Made by a program: the position numbers and the translations under genes | Part shown: piece by piece, positions 56,701-64,000 of the stretch | Position numbering within the stretch: position 1 is the first letter of the stretch | Layout: the number at the start of each line of letters is the position of its first letter | Origin: Candidatus Latescibacterota bacterium | GTDB taxonomy: Bacteria > Latescibacterota > UBA2968 > UBA8231 | Reading direction: 5' to 3' | DNA: 64,000 bases | Assembly: GCA_965261395.1 (NCBI GenBank) | Contig: OZ253462.1 | Coordinates: 3,712,001 to 3,776,000 of the forward strand | The notes under the pieces: generated by a model | Database searches by the model: none | What the model was told of the DNA's origin: nothing | The model's input: only the letters and a program-made list of their open reading frames with translations

Positions 56701-58124
56701 GGGCTCTCTTCCGCGATGGCAAAGAGGGTGTTGCGGGAGGCGATGTAGAGGACGCCGTCGCGGGCGACCGGGGTGGTGTACACCGCGCTGCCCAGATTGG
56801 TTTCGAGTAGTACTTCGAGCGTTGTGCCGGCCTTGAGCACATCGATATCGCCGTCCTCGTCACCGATATAAACCTTGCCGTCGGCGACAAAGGGCGAGCC
56901 CCAGACCGCGGCGAACGTGTCGTGGGTCCAGTGGTGGGTGCCGGTTTTGGCGTCGAGGCAATAGACGAAGCCGCTCAGGTCGGTGGTGTAGAGCAGGCCG
57001 TCGGCAATGGCGACGGTGGAGATGGTGCGGTTGTAGTGTTCGCCGCCGAAGTGCCAGATTGCGCCTGTCTCAGTGATGTCGCCGGTGCCGCTGGCGTCAA
57101 TGGCCCACAGGTGCCCCTCGCCTTCGCCGTGCTCGGGGTCTTGGCCGACGCCGAGATAGACTATGCCGTCGTGAAAAACGGGCGTGGAGACGAGGTTGTT
57201 GCGGGTGCCGCGGCCGCCCAATTCCCAGACCGAATCCTTGGGGTTGCAGTCGAATTTCCAGATCAGCTCGCCGGTGTCGGGGGCGAGGGCATAGACCCAG
57301 CCGTCGCCGCCGGGGAAGATCACTTGCTTGCGGCCACCAGCCTCGCCGTAGGCGGGGTTGGACCACTGGCCGTGCAGAATCTGGTCGCCGGGCAGGTCGC
57401 TGTCCCAGAGGAGGCTGCCAGTCTGCATGTCGAGGGCGATGAAGCTGGGGGCAAAAGGGGCGGGGATGTGGACGTGGCCCTCGTCCACGCCGTTGCTGGT
57501 CAAGGCGAAGAGCCGGCCATCGACGCCCAGCGGCGAGCTGGTGGCGAGGTTGTGGGGGAAGACGTCCAACTCGGCGATCATGTCGAATTTCCAGATCAGA
57601 TCCGCGTTGGTGGGCGCGGTGGCGGTTTCGTCGGCGATGGGGCCGTCGTTCTCGCCGTCTAAAAATCCCTCGGTGTCGAGGCATACTACTTCGGCGCGGT
57701 TGGAGATATAGTAGAGGCGATCGTCGGCGACAAAAGGAGTGGAGCAGACGCCCTGCTGCGGCCAGTCGTTGACGCGGCCGGCCGGCAGCTTGGGATGGGC
57801 GATTTGCCAGAGGAAGGTGCCGTCGGCGTGGTTAAAGGCCATCACCACCCCGCGATCGCCCTTGTGGTTGGGATCGCGCGCGGCCTGGTTGTTGGTGCCG
57901 ACGAAAATTTTGTCGCCGACGATCAGGGGGCCGCCGTAGGTCTGCGAGCCGAGGGTGGCGCGCCACTTGACGTTTGCGCCGGTCTCAGTGTTCCAAGTGG
58001 TGGGTAGGTTTTGCTCGTCCGAGACTTGGTTGCGCCCGGGCGAGCCGCCCCACATCGCGGTTTGGGCACCGGCGGAGGCGGTTAGGGCAAAGGCGAGGAT
58101 GAGGCTGCGCGAAGCTGTATGCAT
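56697..58124 (-). CDS. Secreted PQQ-like beta-propeller protein
   Basis: Signal peptide; MWGGSPGRN; NVKWRATLGSQTYG; GVCSTP; FPHNL. Confidence 0.9.
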   Translation of the reverse strand: MHTASRSLILAFALTASAGAQTAMWGGSPGRNQVSDEQNLPTTWNTETGANVKWRATLGSQTYGGPLIVGDKIFVGTNNQAARDPNHKGDRGVVMAFNHADGTFLWQIAHPKLPAGRVNDWPQQGVCSTPFVADDRLYYISNRAEVVCLDTEGFLDGENDGPIADETATAPTNADLIWKFDMIAELDVFPHNLATSSPLGVDGRLFALTSNGVDEGHVHIPAPFAPSFIALDMQTGSLLWDSDLPGDQILHGQWSNPAYGEAGGRKQVIFPGGDGWVYALAPDTGELIWKFDCNPKDSVWELGGRGTRNNLVSTPVFHDGIVYLGVGQDPEHGEGEGHLWAIDASGTGDITETGAIWHFGGEHYNRTISTVAIADGLLYTTDLSGFVYCLDAKTGTHHWTHDTFAAVWGSPFVADGKVYIGDEDGDIDVLKAGTTLEVLLETNLGSAVYTTPVARDGVLYIASRNTLFAIAEESP

Positions 58125-60286
58125 TACCAAACTTTCAGGTTGTCGTAGTAGATTTCAGCGGGGGAATAACCGTAGATGCCGGGGCTGCCGCTGCGGTTGG
58201 GTAGGGGATCGACCGCTTGGATGCTCCACGTGGCCGGCTCCGGCTCGTCGCGGGGCCAGACCTTGCCGCGGATATGGGCTTTATCGCCTTCGATTTCTAC
58301 CTGCAACTTCATGGTGTACCAGACGCCGGGTTCCCAGGCGAAGGGCACGGTTTTGGCCATCCGCAACTCGGCGGCCCAGGTGCGGATCTGCAACTGCTGG
58401 TGGTAGCCCATCATGTCGAGGGTGTAGCGATTCGCGATCAGGCCCATGTCGGGGACGGCGCGGCGCTTCTTGATGCCGAGTAGGTCGGCTTGGATGGTGT
58501 AGCCGGCCATGTCGGGCGCGCCGAGATAGGTGTTGGCGCGGTGCAATCCGCGGGCGGCGGGCGGTTTGACCAGCACCTTGTTGCCTTCCATTTCGCGCAC
58601 CTTGAATTTGCTGCCCGTGCCGACCCATACCGGTGAGGCATCGGCGGCGAACCCCCCGAAGTCTTCGCTGTAGGTCGGCGGTGGCAGCACGGCGATGCGC
58701 GCCTCGGCGGTCAATTCGCCGGCGCTGGCGACGATTTTGCCGCCGCTGGGTGCGTCCGCAAGGACGAGCGTATTGTCGTCGAGTTGGCCGACCGCACCGG
58801 CGAGCGACCATTCGGCTGCGACCGGGCCGATCAGGCGGCCATGCGCGTCGAAAGCTCGGGCGCGGAACGACACGCGAGCTCCGGGCTGGGCGACGACTTC
58901 GGCGGGGATGATTTGCAGATGCGCCGGTGTTGCGTCGGGGGGAGCTTGTTCGCGTGGATAGTTAGCTGCGGTCCCTGCAACCTTGAACTGCGCCTCTGGG
59001 TCGCCGAGGCAGTAAACGCCAGCCTCGGTGGAAAGGTAGATGCGGCTGTAGGCTATGGCTGGCGAGCCGAACAGTTCGGCTGGGCGGCCGTCGGGCATTG
59101 CAATCTCGGCGAGATCGAGGGTCTCGGCGGTGTCGCTGCTAGGGGCGACGATGGCGAAGCGGCCGTTGACCTCTGGTGCGTAGAGCCGGCCATCGGCCCA
59201 CACGGGCGATCCCTTGCCGACGGTGCCGATGTTGTGAATCCAGTGTGCTTGGCCGCTGGCGGCGTTGAGTGCGTGGATGTTGGCCGAGTTGTCGATGATG
59301 TACAAGTGGCTATCGTGGACGACCGGGCTAGTATAACCGGCGAAAACGCCGTCGTAGCGCCAGACCTCGTGGGTGTTGGTAACGTCGCCTTGGCCGGTGG
59401 CGTCGATGCACACGACGCGGCCGAGGGCGGTGTTGTCGAGGTTTTCCTCGCTGTGGGCCGCGTACACCTTGTCGCCGGCGACGACGACCGAGGAGTTGAT
59501 GCCGCGACGGCTGAGCTTGAAGCCCCATACCATCTCGCCGGTGCGGATTTTCACGGCATAGATGGAGCCGTCGGCATTGCCGCCGATGAGCAAGCGGACG
59601 CCGTTGATGGTGGCGACGACGGGCACGGAGTACGTGGTGTCGAGCGGCCGGCCCCCGGGGGTGGCGATCCAGACGACTTCGCCGCTGCGCTTGTCAAAGG
59701 CGAAGTAGCGGTGGCGGCCCGGAGTGTGGCTGCCCCAGTTGGAGCTGAGATAGCTGATGATGACGAGGTCTTCATCGACGACGGGCGTGTGGACGCGGCC
59801 GCCGTAGCCGGAGATGCGCCCGAATTCCTCGGTCAGTGAGCGCGACCAGACGACCTTGCCGTCGCGGTCGAAGCAAAGGAACAGCCCGCTGACGGTATGG
59901 GCATAGACATAGCCGGTCTCTGGGTCGCCAGCGAGGCTGGCCCAGCCGACGCGGTTGAAGGGAATGGTGGTGTGGAAGATGTTGTAGGCGTGCTCCCAGA
60001 GCAGGGTGCCGTCTTGGGCGTCAAAGGCGGCGACGACGCCCTCTTGGGAGATGCCCTCGCCGCGACGGCCGATGACGAATACTCGTCCGTCGAGGACGAT
60101 GGGGGTTGAGCGGCCGGTAAATTCGGCGTGCCAGATGGGTGACCAGGATTTGACGAGGCCGGTCTCCTCGGAGACGCCGTTTTGCGCCGGGCCGCGCCAA
60201 GAGGGCCAGTCGGCTGGGTAGGCGCTGGAAGCGGCGAGCAGGAGACCAAGAAAGGCGCAGGGAAGTTGCATGCGGAGGTTGGACAC
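58124..60286 (-). CDS. PQQ-like beta-propeller with Ig-like and ConA/LamG-like C-terminal domains
   Basis: DWPSWRGP; propeller repeats; tail WYTMKL..GKVW..EP..W and YYDNLKV. Confidence 0.87.
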   Translation of the reverse strand: MSNLRMQLPCAFLGLLLAASSAYPADWPSWRGPAQNGVSEETGLVKSWSPIWHAEFTGRSTPIVLDGRVFVIGRRGEGISQEGVVAAFDAQDGTLLWEHAYNIFHTTIPFNRVGWASLAGDPETGYVYAHTVSGLFLCFDRDGKVVWSRSLTEEFGRISGYGGRVHTPVVDEDLVIISYLSSNWGSHTPGRHRYFAFDKRSGEVVWIATPGGRPLDTTYSVPVVATINGVRLLIGGNADGSIYAVKIRTGEMVWGFKLSRRGINSSVVVAGDKVYAAHSEENLDNTALGRVVCIDATGQGDVTNTHEVWRYDGVFAGYTSPVVHDSHLYIIDNSANIHALNAASGQAHWIHNIGTVGKGSPVWADGRLYAPEVNGRFAIVAPSSDTAETLDLAEIAMPDGRPAELFGSPAIAYSRIYLSTEAGVYCLGDPEAQFKVAGTAANYPREQAPPDATPAHLQIIPAEVVAQPGARVSFRARAFDAHGRLIGPVAAEWSLAGAVGQLDDNTLVLADAPSGGKIVASAGELTAEARIAVLPPPTYSEDFGGFAADASPVWVGTGSKFKVREMEGNKVLVKPPAARGLHRANTYLGAPDMAGYTIQADLLGIKKRRAVPDMGLIANRYTLDMMGYHQQLQIRTWAAELRMAKTVPFAWEPGVWYTMKLQVEIEGDKAHIRGKVWPRDEPEPATWSIQAVDPLPNRSGSPGIYGYSPAEIYYDNLKVW

Positions 60287-60340
60287 GGTTAGTCTGCCTT
60301 GATCTTGGTAATGAGGGAGTGGAGGTTAAACATTAATAAG

Positions 60341-60370
60341 TACATAACGAGTGCCGCCAATTCTTGTCAA
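60341..60370 (-). promoter_or_regulatory. Possible sigma70 promoter for the minus-strand cluster
   Basis: TTGACA (60365-60370, minus strand) then 17-18 nt to a weak -10 (TTATGT/TATGTA). Confidence 0.35.
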
Positions 60371-60422
60371 TCGGCGTCCCAGTGTGCAACTTGTCCGAGT
60401 CCATTCACAATAGGGAGGAGCC

Positions 60423-61634
60423 ATGAGCAATCAGAAAGACTACACCGTCCGAGCCACCCACTGTAGCCACCAAGCGTCGCTGGATGAGATCTACGACAGG
60501 CTGGTGGAAATCACCGCGCCCTTGCACCGGTCGTGGGCCAAGATCGAAAAGGCGCGGAGGATCGGCATCAAGATCAACATGCAGATGCGCACCAATAGCA
60601 TTCGCCGGATCGGCGGGCGGCGGCAGGAACTAGTGGACGACGACGTGATGCGGGCCGTGCTGCGGCTGTTGCGGGAGCGTAGCGACGCGGAAATCTTCGC
60701 GCTCGATACCAGCTTCGCGCCTGCGGGCGAGCGCCCTGGCGACGATTTCAACGCTAGGCCGATCTTGGAGGAATTCGGCGTCGAATACGTCGAGGCTGGC
60801 GACCCGCCCTTTGAGCGCTACAAGGTGCCTGGCGGCGGGATCATGTTTTCCGAGTACCAGCTTTCGGCCGCTTTGGGTGAGGCCGACGCCTTTGTCTCGC
60901 TGGCCAAGATGAAAAATCACGGTTTTATGGGCATCACCCTGTGCCTGAAAAACCTCTTCGGCCTGCCGCCGATTCCGCCGCACGGCCGCTTGCGCACGTA
61001 CTTCCACCACGTCATCCGCCTCTCGTATGTCCTGCCCGACTTGGGGCTGATTGCCCAGCCTTGCCTCAACATTATCGACGGGCTGACCGGTCAGGCGCGC
61101 ATGGAGTGGGGCGGCGAGGGCCGGATCGCCGACTGCTTGGTCGCCGGCGACCACGTCATCGCCACCGACGCCTGCGGTTCGCACCTAATGGGTACCGACC
61201 CTCGGCTCGATTGGCCGACGCCGCCCTTCCGCCGCGATCGCAGCCCAGTGGCAGTGGCCGCTGAGCACGGCTTCGGGACGGTGGACTTGGACGAAATCGA
61301 CTTTGCCATGGAGGGTTTGACGCCGCCGGTGGCCGAGTTCGACTCGGCTGAAGCCGATCCGCCGGAGCAGATTGCGCGGCTGCGGCAGACGGCCAGCGAG
61401 CAGGCGCTTTTTTATTGGGACTACTGCGAGCGGATTTGGGACGCCCACGCCGGCAATTACGTCTTTTTGCAAGACGGCGAGGTGATTTGGAGCGGGCCTG
61501 ATCCCGGGCAAGCGGGCGCTGTGCAGGAGGTCGCCGCTGGCAAAAAGGATCAGGCGGTCTGGCTCAAGCTAGCCGATCCAGCAGAGCGCGAAGGCGAGCG
61601 GATGGAGGTGTACGAGAAGATTCTGGCGGCCTAG
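60423..61634 (+). CDS. DUF362 domain protein with C-terminal extension
   Basis: IGIKIN, SLAKMKNH..ITLCLKNLFG and IIDGL..D.IATDA; GGAGG RBS. Confidence 0.85.
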   Translation: MSNQKDYTVRATHCSHQASLDEIYDRLVEITAPLHRSWAKIEKARRIGIKINMQMRTNSIRRIGGRRQELVDDDVMRAVLRLLRERSDAEIFALDTSFAPAGERPGDDFNARPILEEFGVEYVEAGDPPFERYKVPGGGIMFSEYQLSAALGEADAFVSLAKMKNHGFMGITLCLKNLFGLPPIPPHGRLRTYFHHVIRLSYVLPDLGLIAQPCLNIIDGLTGQARMEWGGEGRIADCLVAGDHVIATDACGSHLMGTDPRLDWPTPPFRRDRSPVAVAAEHGFGTVDLDEIDFAMEGLTPPVAEFDSAEADPPEQIARLRQTASEQALFYWDYCERIWDAHAGNYVFLQDGEVIWSGPDPGQAGAVQEVAAGKKDQAVWLKLADPAEREGERMEVYEKILAA

Positions 61635-61646
61635 CGGCTTTTATGC

Positions 61647-62630
61647 TCATTGCACCTCTCGCTCCACCAACGCGCTGATGGCTTCGAGGTCGAGGTCGCT
61701 GCCGTCCTGGGGATAGGTGTAGGGCAGGAGCCACCAGTCCTCGGTGAAGGACGCCTCGCCGCCGGGCGGTATGTTCTCGCGCGGGCCGATTGGCTCTAAC
61801 TCGCACATCAGATCCTTGTAATACCATATCGAGATGGTCAGCCCGGCCAGTTCGCCGTAGGGGCGGTCGGGGTACACCGGATAGCGCTTGATCCACAGTA
61901 GGTCGTTGCGGTCGAGATAGGCAAACCACCCGGCTTGCGAGTCCATGCCGAGCTTGGCTCTGAGCGGCGTGGAGAGGACTTCGAGGAAGTTGTCGCGGAT
62001 GCGGATGTTGGGGTCTTCGGGGTGGTAGTTGATGACCGGGCCAGGGCCGTACATGACATAGGAATCCGGGAAGCGGCTCCCGGGCGTCAGGGGAATGAGC
62101 ACGATTCCGCCGCCGGTGCCAAAGGTGCGGCTCCAGTGCCCCCAGTGTTTTTCGCTGTCGGAGACGTTTTTGATGGTCTGGGTGACGCTCAAGTGCGTAG
62201 AGTCCTCGGCGAGTTGGAAGTCGCGGATGAGTTGGACGCCGGTAGGCTCGTCCTTTTTGCTGATCAGGCGGGCCGAGCGCGGGCCGGTGATTTGGCTTTC
62301 CCACTGTCCGAGCCAGAGGTCGGGATGAGCGGGGATGATCATTTCCGGGCCGATGTCGAGGCGGCCGCCGGTGGGACCGAAGGGAGGATCGCCGCCCTCA
62401 AAGGTCGCGCCTTCTTGCGCGGGGTCGAGGTAGATGGCGTTGGGACCTTTGCGCGAGTATTCGAGGATGCGACCAGCCGATGAGGTGAGGACGACGCGGG
62501 TGTGGGCGTTTTCGAGGAGGATGCAGTCTTCGTAGCCGAAGTAGGTGATGCGGTCGGTACCGGGCATGTTGGGGTCGGCTCCAGCTTGGGTGGCGGCGAG
62601 GCTGAGAAGTAGAAGCGTTAGTCGGCGCAT
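61647..62630 (-). CDS. Secreted hypothetical protein (mutarotase-like beta-sandwich)
   Basis: Signal peptide; LEN..VVL..GRILEY; GGRLDIGPE; ELEPIGP; FTEDW. Confidence 0.7.
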   Translation of the reverse strand: MRRLTLLLLSLAATQAGADPNMPGTDRITYFGYEDCILLENAHTRVVLTSSAGRILEYSRKGPNAIYLDPAQEGATFEGGDPPFGPTGGRLDIGPEMIIPAHPDLWLGQWESQITGPRSARLISKKDEPTGVQLIRDFQLAEDSTHLSVTQTIKNVSDSEKHWGHWSRTFGTGGGIVLIPLTPGSRFPDSYVMYGPGPVINYHPEDPNIRIRDNFLEVLSTPLRAKLGMDSQAGWFAYLDRNDLLWIKRYPVYPDRPYGELAGLTISIWYYKDLMCELEPIGPRENIPPGGEASFTEDWWLLPYTYPQDGSDLDLEAISALVEREVQ

Positions 62631-62643
62631 AGCGTGTTTTTCC

Positions 62644-63618
62644 TTACTGATTGGGATTGACGATGACGCGGCCTTGGACTTTGCCTGCTAAGATGTCCTT
62701 GCCGAGGCGGGGGACGTCGGCTAAACCGACCTCAGTGCAGATAAGATCTAATTTTTCCAAGGGCAGTTCGGTGGCCAAGCGCGCCCAAGCGGCAGCGCGG
62801 CGCTCGGCTGGGTAGAACACGGAGTCGATGCCGAGGATGTTGACGCCGCGCAGCAAAAAGGGGATGACGGTAGTTGTGAGTTGGGCACCGCCGGCTAAGC
62901 CCACCGAGGCGACGGAACCCCCGTAGGCCATCTGGGCCAAGGCGCGGGCTAGCGTGGTACCGCCGACCGAGTCGATGCAGGCGGCCCAGCGCGCACTTTC
63001 CAAGGGTTTGTTGGATGGCTCGGCGAGGTCTTGGCGCGGGATGATGGTCTGGGCACCGAGATCTTTTAGATAGGGTTCGAGTTCGGGGCGGCCCGTGGAT
63101 GCGGCGACTTGGTAGCCCAGCGAGGCGAGGAGTAGGACGGATAAGGAGCCGACGCCGCCGGCCGCCCCGGTGACGAGGACCCCGCCTTTGTCGGGCGTGA
63201 GGCCGTGGGCTTCGAGCGCTTCTAAGGAGATGGCCGCGGTCAGGCCAGCGGCACCTAATCCCATGGCATTGCGCAGGGTTAGGCCGGCGGGTAGGGGCAC
63301 GAGCCAGTCGGCCTTGAGCCGCGCCTTTTGCGCGTAGCCGCCCCAGTGGATTTCGCCGACGCGCCAGCCAGTGCATATAACTTGGTCGCCGGGCTGGAAC
63401 TGGTCGCTCTGGCTGTGGACGACAGTGCCGGCGAGGTCGATGCCGGGGACGTGGGGGTAGGTTTTGACCAAGCCGCCCAAGCCGTTGAGGACCAGCCCGT
63501 CCTTGTAGTTGAGCGAGGAGTACGCAACGGCGATTTCTACGTCGCCGGCGGGCAGGCGGCTTTCGTCGAGTTCTTCGATGAGGGCAGAGTGCTCATGTAA
63601 GATGAGTGCTTTGAACAT
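62644..63618 (-). CDS. acuI: AcuI/YhdH family NADPH MDR oxidoreductase
   Basis: YSSLNYKDG, PGIDLAG, VTGAAGGVGS and PFLLRGVNILGIDSV. Confidence 0.88.
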   Translation of the reverse strand: MFKALILHEHSALIEELDESRLPAGDVEIAVAYSSLNYKDGLVLNGLGGLVKTYPHVPGIDLAGTVVHSQSDQFQPGDQVICTGWRVGEIHWGGYAQKARLKADWLVPLPAGLTLRNAMGLGAAGLTAAISLEALEAHGLTPDKGGVLVTGAAGGVGSLSVLLLASLGYQVAASTGRPELEPYLKDLGAQTIIPRQDLAEPSNKPLESARWAACIDSVGGTTLARALAQMAYGGSVASVGLAGGAQLTTTVIPFLLRGVNILGIDSVFYPAERRAAAWARLATELPLEKLDLICTEVGLADVPRLGKDILAGKVQGRVIVNPNQ

Positions 63619-63693
63619 GGTTCCTATTAAGATCAAAAGAGGGGACTGAAGCAAGCGAACAGTCCGCCGACAGACGATCTGCCGGGGGATTTA

Positions 63694-64000
63694 GAAGCTG
63701 TTGAGTTAAAGTTATTTTGTATGTTATTTTGTCGTAACCGCTTTTTTCGTCTAGGATTTAGGAGGTTTGTATTATGCTTGGGTATCCCAGTGACGTGACC
63801 GATGCAGAATGGGCGTTGCTGGCTCCTTTTTTTGCTCGCCCCGATCCGCGGGGCAATCCGGGCAAGTATGCCAAACGGGATGTGGTCAATGCTATTTTCT
63901 ATGTGGTCAAAGGCGGCATCCCCTGGCGGATGCTTCCGTTGGATTTTCCGCCGTGGGACACCGTGTATGACCATTACCGGCGCTGGAATCAGCGCGGGGT
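63694..64000 (+). mobile_element. IS5-family element (left part; transposase from 63774, runs off the window)
   Basis: AGGAGG then MLGYPSDVTDAEWALL..NAIFYVVKGGIPWRMLP.DFPPWDTVY; putative end TTA|GAAGCTGTT. Confidence 0.85.

Noticed and set aside
15976-60286. Calling the propellers PQQ-dependent dehydrogenases or BamB
   Set aside because: Only generic blade motifs are visible; there are no pqq genes and no bam context.

Overview
GC-rich bacterial chromosome segment. Its gene content (many PQQ-like beta-propellers, PhyH dioxygenase, DUF6785-type membrane protein, many toxin-antitoxin loci) resembles Latescibacterota/Planctomycetota-like environmental or symbiont genomes; this is inference only. 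The backbone is a mostly minus-strand cluster (about 17.3-60.3 kb). It encodes six PQQ-like beta-propellers (a seventh converges on it), an EhpF-like adenylating enzyme, an atypical aldehyde dehydrogenase, an iron-containing alcohol dehydrogenase, a HemN-like radical SAM enzyme, a TonB receptor, a CoA ligase, a flavin halogenase-like enzyme, a Na+/solute symporter, a GT4, a divergent short PurA, a thioesterase and an ABC exporter. It looks like an uncharacterised small-molecule or cofactor pathway. AT-richer inserts break it up; these carry TA modules, gene remnants and IS elements. The largest insert (about 44.4-55.6 kb) holds an intact ubiquitin-like operon (Ubl ending in Ser, E2-E1 fusion, DUF6527-like protein), an HsdR_N-like nuclease, a putative toxin plus pseudo-IrrE pair, and an IS5 nested in an IS4. 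Near the start, an IS630 splits a HEPN gene in a two-gene module. I saw no tRNA, rRNA or CRISPR array. All family calls are from motif recognition by eye, not database searches.
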